DNA of 49,573 bases from Kiritimatiellia bacterium (GCA_007126515.1 SLBD01000028.1:1-49573); one strand, 5' to 3'; counted from the first letter of the stretch, positions 26,205-35,860 are shown. Notes: generated from the sequence alone by a model not told the origin. Numbers and translations: made by a program.

Positions 26205-27608
26205 ATGACTTCCGCAACGGATGGTCCCCTGATTCCAGATTCCCATGATTCGGGCAGCAAGAGAGGTGCCTCCGGATCGGAAACGCGACGAGCCCAACTC
26301 CTGTCCCGCTTTTGGGAACAAACCATATCGGGTCACATTAACAGCATCCAATCGGTGCGCACCCGCCTGTTGTTGCTCTTGTCAGCGCTTTCGATTGTAG
26401 TGAATTTAATTTATGCGGGTGCGGCGGCGAGTACGCAACAGGTTCAAGCTTTATCCATATATGGGATGACATTGGTCATTCTCGCGGGCGTGTTCGTGTC
26501 GGCAAGGAAAGTGGGATGGAGACGTCCAACCGCCATCGTCTATATTGGCTCAGCCGTTCTCAGTCTGACGCTATTTTTGTTACTGGACGCTGAAGTACCT
26601 TCAGCGGTCGCGGCCTGGCTCCCCTTCATTCCTATGCTGGCCATGATTTTGCTCGACCGTCGCGATGGCGTGATTGCCACGCTGGTAGCGACGACTTGGT
26701 TTTGCGGCGTGGTGATCGCTCTGCAGTGGCACACGTCGGCAGATCCGCTGCTCATCGTCTTGCAACGCAGTCTGCCCACCCTGCTTGCCTTTGCGGGAAC
26801 GGCTTTGGCTGCCGTAGCCGTTTTGCTTGTCTATGTTTACATACGAGATGTGGCCTTTGGCCAGCAACAGCGGGAGAGACAAGCGAAAGAAGCTTTGCTG
26901 CGTATCCTTTGTCACGATATTTCAGGGGATCTTTCGATTATCCGAATGAGTGCCATGATGGCGAATTCCCCACAACGCTCAGACCGTATCCCTGAAGCCC
27001 TAAAGAGGATCCGGACATCCACGGAAAGCATCATTGAAATGGTTCAGACCGTCCGTTCTATGGCCGCTCTTGAGGCGGGTAAACTGGCGGTTCGACTCCA
27101 GCCCGTTTCTCTGATTGAAGTGATTCAACATGCCCTCGCCCGCTGGGAAGGGCCGGCTGCTCATAAAGGGGTCATTCTCATTGCCGACCTGCCAGATGCA
27201 GCACTGCAGGTCTGGGCAGATTCAACCTACCTCGAGCAAACTGTGCTGGGCAATATCATCAACAATGCGATCAAGTTTACGCCAGCGGGAGGACGGGTTC
27301 GATTGGTGGCTCAGAAGGGAAGCGAGCCAGGTTCGGTTTTGATTACAGTGACGGATGAAGGCATTGGGATTCCTACAGAACTCATGGAACATCTCTTCGA
27401 TCCGGGCAAGTATACCAGTCGGGAAGGCACGGACGGGGAAGCGGGTACAGGCTTCGGCTTACCTTTAGTGAAACAATTTGTGCAACACTTTGGCGGAGAT
27501 ATTCATGCCCACTCGCAAGGCGAAGGCGCAGGAGCGACTTTTGAAATCACGTTACGCCGCGCATCTGCTGGGGATCAATCCCCTCCCGCAACGCAATCGT
27601 CGCCATAA
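26205..27608 (+). CDS. Membrane-bound sensor histidine kinase
   Basis: It has about 6 N-terminal TM helices, an H-box (LRILCHDISGDLSII), an N-box (LGNIINNAIKFT), and G-boxes (DEGIGIP, GTGFGLPL). The ATG lies 2 nt after the smc stop. Confidence 0.9.
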   Translation: MTSATDGPLIPDSHDSGSKRGASGSETRRAQLLSRFWEQTISGHINSIQSVRTRLLLLLSALSIVVNLIYAGAAASTQQVQALSIYGMTLVILAGVFVSARKVGWRRPTAIVYIGSAVLSLTLFLLLDAEVPSAVAAWLPFIPMLAMILLDRRDGVIATLVATTWFCGVVIALQWHTSADPLLIVLQRSLPTLLAFAGTALAAVAVLLVYVYIRDVAFGQQQRERQAKEALLRILCHDISGDLSIIRMSAMMANSPQRSDRIPEALKRIRTSTESIIEMVQTVRSMAALEAGKLAVRLQPVSLIEVIQHALARWEGPAAHKGVILIADLPDAALQVWADSTYLEQTVLGNIINNAIKFTPAGGRVRLVAQKGSEPGSVLITVTDEGIGIPTELMEHLFDPGKYTSREGTDGEAGTGFGLPLVKQFVQHFGGDIHAHSQGEGAGATFEITLRRASAGDQSPPATQSSP

Positions 27609-28512
27609 CTTTCGGGACATACATTTGCGTTTCGCTGGGTAGATACGGCGCAATCTCCTCGAACCGACTGGCCTCATGTTGACGCAAGAGTCGAGCGACC
27701 CGTCCCTGCCCCCCATTGTAGGCCGCCAACGCCAAGGACCAGGAACCGAAACGGCGATAGAGTTGACGCAAATATTGCGCAGCAGCGCGAGCATTGAGCT
27801 CTGGGTCCAAGCGTTGGTCCACAGGTGCAAGACTCATCCCAAAGGATTCTGCCGTGGCGGGCATAAACTGGAACAATCCCAACGCCCCGACCGGACTGCG
27901 GGCCGCCGGATTAAACGAGGACTCCACCTCAGCGACCCAAATCAATTCCGGCGGCACCCCCTCCTCCTCGAAGATCCGTCTCAACGTCGGCGCCAGGGCT
28001 TCCGCACGCTCCGGCATCGGCCGCCCGGCCAGCCGCTGATTCCACGTTTCCTGGCTGCTGGCTTGACGGCGAATCTCGCGCCGGTTGTCTGCAGGCAGAG
28101 GTTCTGGCGATGGCTGCGGCACCGGCCTCACTGTCGGCGGTTCGGTCGGAGGAGCGCGTCGATGAGCTGGAGGGGCATGGGCTTCCACCGCCCCATGGGC
28201 AACATCAATATAATCCCACCGTTGTAGCAACCAATCGGCAAATGGTTTCGTTTCCTCAAATTGACGCAGGAAATCCAGAGTCACTTCCACTTCGGGACGC
28301 AACCAGGCCACATCCACAAAATCACCTGTACGCAGCGATTGATAAACTTCCTGCCACACGCCTTGCCAATCGGCAGGAGCCAGTTCCTCAGCCAAAACAG
28401 CCCCGATGCGATGTACCCGATCCCAATCGATTTCCCACTCCCAATCCCATGCCATGGTTTGATGGACTGGTAACCCCATCAAAAGCAATCCAATGAACAT
28501 ACGATTCTTCAT
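27547..28512 (-). CDS. Lytic transglycosylase (SLT domain), secreted
   Basis: It has a signal peptide and the catalytic block AEVESSFNPAARSPVGALGLFQFMPATA ... AAYNGGQGRV. Confidence 0.9.
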   Translation of the reverse strand: MKNRMFIGLLLMGLPVHQTMAWDWEWEIDWDRVHRIGAVLAEELAPADWQGVWQEVYQSLRTGDFVDVAWLRPEVEVTLDFLRQFEETKPFADWLLQRWDYIDVAHGAVEAHAPPAHRRAPPTEPPTVRPVPQPSPEPLPADNRREIRRQASSQETWNQRLAGRPMPERAEALAPTLRRIFEEEGVPPELIWVAEVESSFNPAARSPVGALGLFQFMPATAESFGMSLAPVDQRLDPELNARAAAQYLRQLYRRFGSWSLALAAYNGGQGRVARLLRQHEASRFEEIAPYLPSETQMYVPKVMATIALREGIDPQQMRGVT

Positions 28513-28514
28513 GT

Positions 28515-31058
28515 TTAACTTTCTTCCTCCGCCACCTCTGTCCGATTCGCCGCTGCTCGATTCAGCGCCTGCCGAACTTGGCGCAGCAAATCCTGGCTTT
28601 TACACGGCTTATAGACGAGTCCTAGAGCCCCGCGATTCAACATTCGGTCCCGTTTCTGTTCTTGAACAAATCCACTGGTCAGTAAGATCGGCACATCTGG
28701 ACGCACGGCCTGCAGTGCTTTCATCGTCGCTTCACCATCCATTTCTGGCATCACAATATCTAACAAAACCAAATCAATCCGGTCGCGCAACTCATCCAAA
28801 TATTCCACACCCTTGCGTCCCGCATCCGCTGAGATCACCTCGTAGCCCTGACCGCGCAGGACTTCGGTGACCATTTGCCGAACAATCAACTCGTCATCGA
28901 TCACCAGAATTCGCTCTGTGCCCGTGAGGGAATCGATGTCTGGAGTTTGTTGATCTTCCGGCGTGCCGGAAAAGGCGGGCAAATAGATCATGAACGTCGT
29001 CCCTTCGCCGACCTCACTATCAACAATCACATGTCCCCCATGGTTGGAGATAATGCCGTAGACGATGGACAAGCCAAGGCCGGTGCCACCCTTGTCCGAT
29101 CGAGTCGTATAGAATGGCTCGTAGATATGCTCCTGCAATTCGGCCGTCATCCCAATGCCGTTATCGGCAACCGAGAGGCAGACAAATTCATCATCGGTGT
29201 CCTCGTCCAACACGATTCGTTCGCGCGGAGTCAGCGGTCGCAATTCCGTTCGCACCGTCAACTGAGCATCGGCAGCATCCCGCATCGCTTCGGACGCATT
29301 CAAACATAAATTCATAACCACTTGGTTCAATTGCCCTGCATCGCCGTGCACAGCAGGCAGATTGTCTTCCAATTGTTCGATAATTTGCATGTCCCGTGCA
29401 GCAGAACGACGAACCAGCGACAAGACATCGCGAATCACCCCGTTCAGGCAGATGGCTTCTTTGGCAAAATGTTTTCGTCGGGCAAAGGCCAACAATTGCC
29501 GAGTCAAATCGGCGGCGCGCATGGCCGACTGCTCGATCAATTTCAGATCACGGTGCATAGTGCTTTGAGGATCCACTTTGGACAGCAAATACGAAGAAAA
29601 TCCCAAGATCCCGCTGAGGATATTATTGAAATCATGTGCCACTCCTCCGGCGAGCAAGCCAACGGCTTCCATCTTCTGGGCTTGCCGCAAGTGATCGGCT
29701 AATTCTTGATTGATGACCTCTTGCTCTTCACCACGTAGCCGCGCCGCGATGTGCAAACTGGCCACCGTGATCAATTCGACATCGACGTGGTCATAGTATT
29801 GCTTGTCGATATCCAATAAACAAACGGCCCCGCGCACTTTCCCCGTTGAATCCCGTAAAGGGGCCCCTAAACACGTGCGGAATCCCTGGCGAATTACGTC
29901 CGGATCGCTGCGGTAAGGATCCGTCTGCTGCAACGTATTACAGCAAAGCGGGAGTCCTGATTTCATCAACATCTTTGTCAGCGCCTCAGGAACAACCACT
30001 GCTTCTGCGCGCTCCCCATCCTTTCCTTGGACCACCAACTGAGCGTCCTTGCCGATCACTTGGATCGCGATGGCGGTCGGGCGATACATATCATTCAATG
30101 TTTCACAGACGCGTTTCAAATAGCTATCGATGTCGGCAGGAAACGTTCCCACTCGACCAAAGAAATGCTTCAGCTTCGCAATCAGCAACTGCGCTCGCTG
30201 ATGGCTTTTTTGCGCCGAATTTGCGCGCTCACGCAACTGCGATTCCAACTCTTTGCGCCGATTGATATTGCGAGCCACACCCACAATGCCACGAACTTTT
30301 CGCGTTTCATCATGCAACGGACTCAGGCTGAGCTCGAACCATTGATAGAATCGGTCGGCACTCAACAATCGTAGCTCAATTAGCTCCGACACACCCTCTT
30401 TCGCACACAGATCAATGCTACGGCGCAGCAGGAGTAAATCATCGGCATGAACGCAATCCCCCCAGCCTTTTTCATCTCGGAACCACAACTCTGCTCCCAA
30501 TCCCGTGTAGTGCTCGAACCCCGCATTCGCAGAGAGTATATCTCCCTCTGGATTTAAAATCAGAACGGGGTCCGATGATTCACGGAACAAGACGTTGAAG
30601 CGTTCCTGTGCTGCTTCCAGTGCATACGCGAGACCATCGCGTGCTTTGACGGAGTCGAGGTAGCGTTGTTCCCATGCCGTCGCCCATTCAAAGAGTAACA
30701 TGGCGATTGGTTTGCCATCCGCAGCATCCATGTGTCGCCTCAAGACACGGGAAACCGGTCGCCCATGCAAACTCAGAAGCACCTCCGATGACTCATCCGC
30801 TGCCTCAGCAGGATTCACGTCCCACCATGAGGCCGGAAGGAGTTGATCCATTTCCGAGGGATTGATTCCTAAAAAGTCAGAGACCCGCACCGGACCTGGC
30901 TGAGGCCAAGTCACAGAAGCCATTTCAACGGCCGACTGATTCGCGTATAAAACGTTGCCCTCGGGATTAGCCAGCAATACAGGCGTACGAACCGCACGAA
31001 TCACCTGACGACACACATTTGAACACAAGAGGTCGTCGTCTTGTAACGGATCCATCAT
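28515..31058 (-). CDS. Hybrid sensor histidine kinase / response regulator (PAS-PAS-GAF-HisKA-HATPase-REC)
   Basis: The 847 aa protein has an H-box (GVAHDFNNILSGILG), NLCLNASEAM, DNGIGM, GTGLGLSIV, and a C-terminal receiver (ILVIDDELIVR ... DLVLLDIVMPEMDG ... LVYKP). Confidence 0.92.
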   Translation of the reverse strand: MMDPLQDDDLLCSNVCRQVIRAVRTPVLLANPEGNVLYANQSAVEMASVTWPQPGPVRVSDFLGINPSEMDQLLPASWWDVNPAEAADESSEVLLSLHGRPVSRVLRRHMDAADGKPIAMLLFEWATAWEQRYLDSVKARDGLAYALEAAQERFNVLFRESSDPVLILNPEGDILSANAGFEHYTGLGAELWFRDEKGWGDCVHADDLLLLRRSIDLCAKEGVSELIELRLLSADRFYQWFELSLSPLHDETRKVRGIVGVARNINRRKELESQLRERANSAQKSHQRAQLLIAKLKHFFGRVGTFPADIDSYLKRVCETLNDMYRPTAIAIQVIGKDAQLVVQGKDGERAEAVVVPEALTKMLMKSGLPLCCNTLQQTDPYRSDPDVIRQGFRTCLGAPLRDSTGKVRGAVCLLDIDKQYYDHVDVELITVASLHIAARLRGEEQEVINQELADHLRQAQKMEAVGLLAGGVAHDFNNILSGILGFSSYLLSKVDPQSTMHRDLKLIEQSAMRAADLTRQLLAFARRKHFAKEAICLNGVIRDVLSLVRRSAARDMQIIEQLEDNLPAVHGDAGQLNQVVMNLCLNASEAMRDAADAQLTVRTELRPLTPRERIVLDEDTDDEFVCLSVADNGIGMTAELQEHIYEPFYTTRSDKGGTGLGLSIVYGIISNHGGHVIVDSEVGEGTTFMIYLPAFSGTPEDQQTPDIDSLTGTERILVIDDELIVRQMVTEVLRGQGYEVISADAGRKGVEYLDELRDRIDLVLLDIVMPEMDGEATMKALQAVRPDVPILLTSGFVQEQKRDRMLNRGALGLVYKPCKSQDLLRQVRQALNRAAANRTEVAEEES

Positions 31059-31079
31059 GTGTATCGCATCCTTGTCTTG

Positions 31080-31940
31080 TTATCCGAAGAGTACGGTCTT
31101 GTTGTTATATACAAGGATCTGACGACGCAGGTGCAGCCAAATGGCCCGCGACAACACCGCTTTCTCCAGGTCGCGTCCCCGGCGGATAAAGTCCTCAATC
31201 GTTTCACGATGCGACACGCGAATGATATCCTGCTCAATAATCGGCCCCGCATCCAAATCAGCCGTCACATAATGGCTCGTAGCACCAATGATCTTCACAC
31301 CGCGGGCATAGGCAGCATGATACGGCCTCGCTCCCGCAAACGCGGGCAGAAAGGAGTGATGAATATTGATGATTCGGCTCGGATAACGATCCACTAATGT
31401 CGGTGTCAAAATCTGCATGTAGCGGGCCAAGACAATAAAATCAACGTGTGCCTCTTCCAGCAATCGGATTTGCTCCTGTTCCTGCGCGGCTTTGGTTTCT
31501 GGAGTGACGGGCAAGTGATGAAACGGGATTCCGAAACGCTCCGCAATATGACCGCAATCTGAATGATTACTAATCACCATTGGGATATCAACCGGAAACT
31601 CCCCCGTTTCATGGCGCGAGAGAATATCGTAAAGACAGTGCGGCTGTTTCGAAACAAAGATCGCCATTCGCAATGGTTTTGCGCCCTCAAACAGATCAAA
31701 TTGCATGCTGTATGTCTCAGCCAACGGTGCAAACGCAGTGACGAATTCGTCCACGGTCAGGTCGAAATCGGCCAGCGTCCACTCCATCCGCATAAAGAAC
31801 ACGTCCTGCTCAAAATCGACGTGCTGATCCAGATGCAAAACATTGCCGTTGTGCTGATTGATGAATCCTGTGACCGCCGCCACAATCCCTTTCTGATCAG
31901 GGCAATGGATATGCAGGATGGCTGTATGTTGTTTATTCAT
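31080..31940 (-). CDS. purU: Formyltetrahydrofolate deformylase
   Basis: The 286 aa protein has an N-terminal ACT domain (ILHIHCPDQKGIVAAVTGFI) and a formyltransferase core (IINIHHSFLPAFAGARPYHAAYARGVKIIGATSHYVT). Confidence 0.93.
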   Translation of the reverse strand: MNKQHTAILHIHCPDQKGIVAAVTGFINQHNGNVLHLDQHVDFEQDVFFMRMEWTLADFDLTVDEFVTAFAPLAETYSMQFDLFEGAKPLRMAIFVSKQPHCLYDILSRHETGEFPVDIPMVISNHSDCGHIAERFGIPFHHLPVTPETKAAQEQEQIRLLEEAHVDFIVLARYMQILTPTLVDRYPSRIINIHHSFLPAFAGARPYHAAYARGVKIIGATSHYVTADLDAGPIIEQDIIRVSHRETIEDFIRRGRDLEKAVLSRAIWLHLRRQILVYNNKTVLFG

Positions 31941-32007
31941 GCGCCATTCTTACCACGACTTTGCCCCTGTGGCAACTTGCACGCAGATTTGCGCGTACCC
32001 CGCCGCG

Positions 32008-32850
32008 CTACCGCACGAGCAGCACAGGCACTTCTGCCTGGGTCATCACATAGGTGGTTGTACTGCCTAGAATCCATTCGCGAATGCGGCTGTGGCCATA
32101 GGCACCCATGACAATTAAGTCAGCACCTTGCTCTTCGCAATTGGCAAGAATCGAACGAGCCGAATCAGGATCGTCACTGATTAGACTAATCGCGTGACAC
32201 TTATGAGCCTCCGTCATTCTCATGGCTTCCTCAGAAGTGGCATTGGCCCATTCCTCCTCCCCTTCGGCCACAGTCAGCACAACCAACTCCACATCCAAGG
32301 ACTGAGAAAACTCAATCGCCTCATGCAGGGCTTGGCTGGCATGTCCGCTGCCATCATAGGCCATTAGAATCTTTCGAATTGGATGCAGTGTTTGAGGCAC
32401 AACCATACAGGGTTTGATGGAATGCCGCACCACTCTCTCGGCCACAGATCCCAACGCTTCACCGACAATATTGGCATGCAAGCCTCGCTGACCCAAAAGC
32501 ATTAATTCAGCCCGGACCTCTTCTTCCAACAGCACACGCGAGGGATGCCCCATGCGTAGCACTCCCTCGCCTTGCACGCCTGCGTCAGCACACCGTTGAT
32601 TGAAGGCATCAACAATGGTGCGCCCCTTTTGCTCTAACACATCACGGAATTGCTGTAATTGACTACTATAGGGTTGAGCGCCAATCCACCCCGAAATATC
32701 AGCCATCATCGGACCTTCAAGCATTCTTGAGTCGAGCACATGAATCCCCGCCAGATGGGCATCCAATTGTTTGGCCAACTCCACCCCATACCCTGCGGCC
32801 GAATCGCTGTACGCTGAACCATCAATTCCCACCATGATGCTTTTGATCAT
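32008..32850 (-). CDS. Universal stress protein, tandem Usp domains
   Basis: The 280 aa protein has two UspA-like halves, each ending in a G-x2-G-x9-GS-type motif (LLGQRGLHANIVGEALGSVAERVV and VMGAYGHSRIREWILGSTTTYVM). Confidence 0.88.
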   Translation of the reverse strand: MIKSIMVGIDGSAYSDSAAGYGVELAKQLDAHLAGIHVLDSRMLEGPMMADISGWIGAQPYSSQLQQFRDVLEQKGRTIVDAFNQRCADAGVQGEGVLRMGHPSRVLLEEEVRAELMLLGQRGLHANIVGEALGSVAERVVRHSIKPCMVVPQTLHPIRKILMAYDGSGHASQALHEAIEFSQSLDVELVVLTVAEGEEEWANATSEEAMRMTEAHKCHAISLISDDPDSARSILANCEEQGADLIVMGAYGHSRIREWILGSTTTYVMTQAEVPVLLVR

Positions 32851-33039
32851 ATCTCACCTCGTGTTGGACAGATGAACTTACGACACCATTTCTAGTATAG
32901 GGATCGCGCTGCCAATTGTCGAGTCAGGAGGCATATTGGGACAGCAATTCTAATGATGGCCTCTTCCGGCTGAACCCGGTACTACAAACAGCCTATCCCC
33001 CCCGAACCCCCGCATGTAGTTCCGGCTTTAGCCGGTCTT

Positions 33040-34047
33040 CTATACGCGTTTCTGGCCATAATTAGAATTGCTGCACATTGGATCACCCTCCGCAGCGCGG
33101 CGGATACGATCCATCAGGGCATGTCCCAACCCTTTCTCTGGAACGCTTTGACAATAGATGCGGGAGATGCCCGCTTTTTCACAGACACGGAAAAAATGAA
33201 ATAGTTGCCGCGCATAATCCGTTACATTTTCGCACACGCACAAACGGCGCGGTCGCCCAGGGAAACCGTCTCGATCCAAACCGATATATGCGCTGACAGC
33301 GGCGTGGTCAGGCGGGAGTTCGGCAGGACTGGCAATCAATTGGACGCGAGCTGTCGGGGCATAATGCCGATGGTTCATGCCGGGACTTCGTGCTGGTCCT
33401 TCCCGAGTGCTTGACGATGCCAATCGGATCGCAGGCCAAATCTCTTGTAACTGCTCCAAGGAAATCGCCCCAGCTCGCAACAGCACCGGACAAGAATGAG
33501 TGCAATCGATGACGGTTGATTCCAGGCCAATCTGCGCGACCTCCCCTTTCAAAATCGCATCCACGCGCCCATCCAATTCCTCGGCAACGGCTTGCCAGGT
33601 CGTCGGACTCGGTCGCCCGGAGCGATTGGCTGACGGGGCAGCAACGGGGCAACCACATTCCTGCAACAATGCCTGAGCGACAGGATGGTCGGGACAGCGG
33701 ATACCGACCGTGTCCAGGCCTGCTGTCACAGTCAATGGCAGGTCCGGGTGGCGCGGCACAACTACAGTCAGGGGTCCTGGAAAGAATTCATTCATCGCCG
33801 CTTGCGCCGCAGGCGTGATCTGAGCGGCAACTTGCTCCACGTGGGATGCTTCGGACAGATGGACAATTAACGGGTTATCTTGAGGGCGCCCTTTGGCGCG
33901 GAAAATCGCTTCCACCGCAGGTTCGCAAAAGGCATCGGCCCCAAGCCCATACACTGTTTCCGTCGGAAACGCAACGACACCTCCCGCCTGGATCGTTTTG
34001 CCCGCGAGCCGTGGCGAACGTGTAATGCGAGTTTTCATAGGAGTCAC
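33040..34047 (-). CDS. tsaC: L-threonylcarbamoyladenylate synthase, long form (YrdC domain plus Sua5 domain)
   Basis: The blocks are GGVVAFPTETVYGLGADA, KGRPQDNPLIVH and APSANRSGRPSPT. A C-terminal Sua5 domain of about 120 aa follows. Confidence 0.9.
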   Translation of the reverse strand: MTPMKTRITRSPRLAGKTIQAGGVVAFPTETVYGLGADAFCEPAVEAIFRAKGRPQDNPLIVHLSEASHVEQVAAQITPAAQAAMNEFFPGPLTVVVPRHPDLPLTVTAGLDTVGIRCPDHPVAQALLQECGCPVAAPSANRSGRPSPTTWQAVAEELDGRVDAILKGEVAQIGLESTVIDCTHSCPVLLRAGAISLEQLQEIWPAIRLASSSTREGPARSPGMNHRHYAPTARVQLIASPAELPPDHAAVSAYIGLDRDGFPGRPRRLCVCENVTDYARQLFHFFRVCEKAGISRIYCQSVPEKGLGHALMDRIRRAAEGDPMCSNSNYGQKRV

Positions 34048-34156
34048 TGAAATCTTTAATAACGAATCATTTCATTCATCAAAAGAGAATGGTTGTCAGT
34101 AAAGAAAGCATAATGAGAGCCTTTCTACAATATGCGTACAAAGAGACGCAGGGGAT

Positions 34157-34185
34157 TTGACAAAGCGATGGGGATGTTTTAGCCT
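34157..34185 (+). promoter_or_regulatory. Candidate sigma-70-type promoter for tRNA-Lys
   Basis: TTGACA (34157-34162), a 17-nt spacer, then TAGCCT (34180-34185), about 45 nt upstream of the tRNA 5' end. It was found by eye, and the promoter consensus for this organism is unknown. Confidence 0.35.
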
Positions 34186-34229
34186 CTCCCCAGTGTTTTC
34201 GACTTAGAAGCAAACGCTCCCTTGATGTG

Positions 34230-34305
34230 GGCCGGTAGCTCAGTTGGCAGAGCACGGGCCTTTTAAGCCTGTTGTCGTGGGTTCGAGCCCCACCCGGCTC
34301 ACCAC
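34230..34305 (+). tRNA. tRNA-Lys (anticodon UUU), CCA encoded
   Basis: I folded the cloverleaf by hand. The acceptor stem is GGGCCGG/CCGGCUC (one G.U pair) and the D arm is GCUCAGUUGGCAGAGC. The anticodon stem is CGGGC/GCCUG with loop CUUUUAA. The T arm is GUGGG-UUCGAGC-CCCAC, followed by discriminator A and CCA. Confidence 0.93.
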
Positions 34306-34306
34306 A

Positions 34307-34726
34307 TCATTCCCCGTTCAGCTGGATAACGATTTCGCGAGAATGACGAGCGGATCGATGTTCCCACAAATACAATCCTTGCCATGTGCCCAGCATTAAC
34401 TGCCCTCCATGAAAGGGAACGGTTTCGCTGGTTCGGGTCAGAGCCATTTTGATATGGCTAGGCATGTCATCGGGGCCTTCCAGCGTGTGCGTGAACTCGG
34501 GATCATTTTCCGGCACCAGCCGATCCAGGAACCGTTCCAAATCATGGCGCGCCGAAGGATCGGCATTCTCCATGATCACCAAACTACAACTGGTGTGCCG
34601 ACAGAAGACAATCGCGCATCCTTCCTGCAAGCCACTGTCCTGAAGCGCACGGGTGACTTCATCTGTGAACTCGACCGTGCTCTTCGGGCGGGATTGTAAT
34701 CGGATCGTTTTTGTAAACGTCGCCAT
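34307..34726 (-). CDS. yjbQ: YjbQ/UPF0047 family protein (secondary thiamine-phosphate synthase-like)
   Basis: The 139 aa protein has the family-typical blocks GCAIVFCRHTSCSLVIMENADP and DMPSHIKMALTRTSETVPFHGGQLMLGTWQGLYLWEHR. Confidence 0.88.
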   Translation of the reverse strand: MATFTKTIRLQSRPKSTVEFTDEVTRALQDSGLQEGCAIVFCRHTSCSLVIMENADPSARHDLERFLDRLVPENDPEFTHTLEGPDDMPSHIKMALTRTSETVPFHGGQLMLGTWQGLYLWEHRSARHSREIVIQLNGE

Positions 34727-34732
34727 TTAAAA

Positions 34733-35323
34733 TTACGAGCCGATGAGACGACGCCGCTGCTCACGTCGAATTTCCTGAATATCGGTCCAAACGATTTCAC
34801 CGGTCCGCAAATCTCTCAAATTCAGCTGAATCTGATAGTACTGCCGAACCGTGCGACCCACCGTTTCACGCATTTCCAGAATATCTCCAAACAAATACAA
34901 CTGGGCGGCGGTTTGTTGGCCAGGCTGAATGACTTGATCGGGATCGACAAAACCCATTTCCGCTTGTGCCAGAAAATCAGCGTCCTCGCCTACCTGCGTC
35001 CGGTCTACAAAGCGAAATTTGCCGGATCGAATTAGGCGCGTTCGCATGTTCTGAGTGATCAAACGCACGTCCACCATTTGCGTGGTATTATTGCGTAAAA
35101 GCCCCAGATCTAGCACAGGTCGCTCATTCGCGGTCAATTCCACAACAGGCGGAAACATCAACATCGAATCCACCATAAACTCGACGGTATTCCGCACGTC
35201 TGTTGGATCTAATCGCACACCGATGTGTGGCGCTGTGTCATCGATCGGACGCACCGTTTGACAGCCCACCAGAAATCCGGCCACCAGCAGGATAGCGACA
35301 CTTTGTATTCTCTTTTTCATCAT
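34733..35323 (-). CDS. LpoB-like (COG3417) outer-membrane lipoprotein
   Basis: It has a lipobox (LVAGFLVGC). The blocks LLRNNTTQMVDVRLITQNMRTRLIRSGKFRFVD and LRDLRTGEIVW parallel E. coli LpoB (NNRTNGSL...LANNGKFTLV ... VQTGEIIWSG). The ORF opens at GTG 35332, but the ATGs at 35323 and 35320 follow GGAG. Confidence 0.75.
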   Translation of the reverse strand: MMKKRIQSVAILLVAGFLVGCQTVRPIDDTAPHIGVRLDPTDVRNTVEFMVDSMLMFPPVVELTANERPVLDLGLLRNNTTQMVDVRLITQNMRTRLIRSGKFRFVDRTQVGEDADFLAQAEMGFVDPDQVIQPGQQTAAQLYLFGDILEMRETVGRTVRQYYQIQLNLRDLRTGEIVWTDIQEIRREQRRRLIGS

Positions 35324-35361
35324 CTTCTCCACATTTCTATTTTGCTTCTGATAAAACCACT

Positions 35362-35775
35362 CTACCGACGCAATCGCACTTTGTACTCTACGGCCCGGGA
35401 ATTCGGCGCAACACTCTGTACAGAGACCGCATCACGGCCCTGCAAGATCATTTTTCGAAAAGGCTGCCCTTGCGCGTCGATTTCCACACCGTTTTCATCA
35501 TACCACGAAAAACGGTATTGAACATGCTGAGATCTCATCCGATTTGACCGAAACGTTGCATGAGCCCGTATCAATCCGTTCTCGAGGATTTGGTGATCCG
35601 TCGAAACCAGATCAATCCGACGCGCCAATGTTGCATCATCCACAATCAGATAAGGAGACGTCGCATAAGAAGCGCCTCCTCCCGCAATGCCCGCCGTCGA
35701 ACACGCCGTCAATACAATCGCTAACCCAGCTATTGCCAGCCCCAAGGCTGCTTGCACTCCTCGATTCGTTTTCAT
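35362..35775 (-). CDS. YcfL (DUF1425) family periplasmic lipoprotein
   Basis: It has a lipobox (IVLTAC). VQYRFSWYDENGVEI ... EYKVRLRR parallels E. coli YcfL (VHYRFYWYDARGLEM ... KVRLYLYL). The ATG at 35775 lies 6 nt after AGGAG, although the ORF opens at 35808. Confidence 0.75.
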   Translation of the reverse strand: MKTNRGVQAALGLAIAGLAIVLTACSTAGIAGGGASYATSPYLIVDDATLARRIDLVSTDHQILENGLIRAHATFRSNRMRSQHVQYRFSWYDENGVEIDAQGQPFRKMILQGRDAVSVQSVAPNSRAVEYKVRLRR

Positions 35776-35860
35776 TTTCATCTCCTGTTCTGTAATCGGG
35801 CATCTCACGGAACCCTGACACCCATTCCTTCAGTTCTAGGTCGTTGTTGTCCAGTTTAAT

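Noticed and set aside
34048-34726. tRNA-Lys as a possible integration hotspot or genomic-island border
   Set aside because: No integrase, direct repeat of the tRNA 3' end, or compositional shift is visible on either side. The flanking genes are housekeeping or envelope genes.
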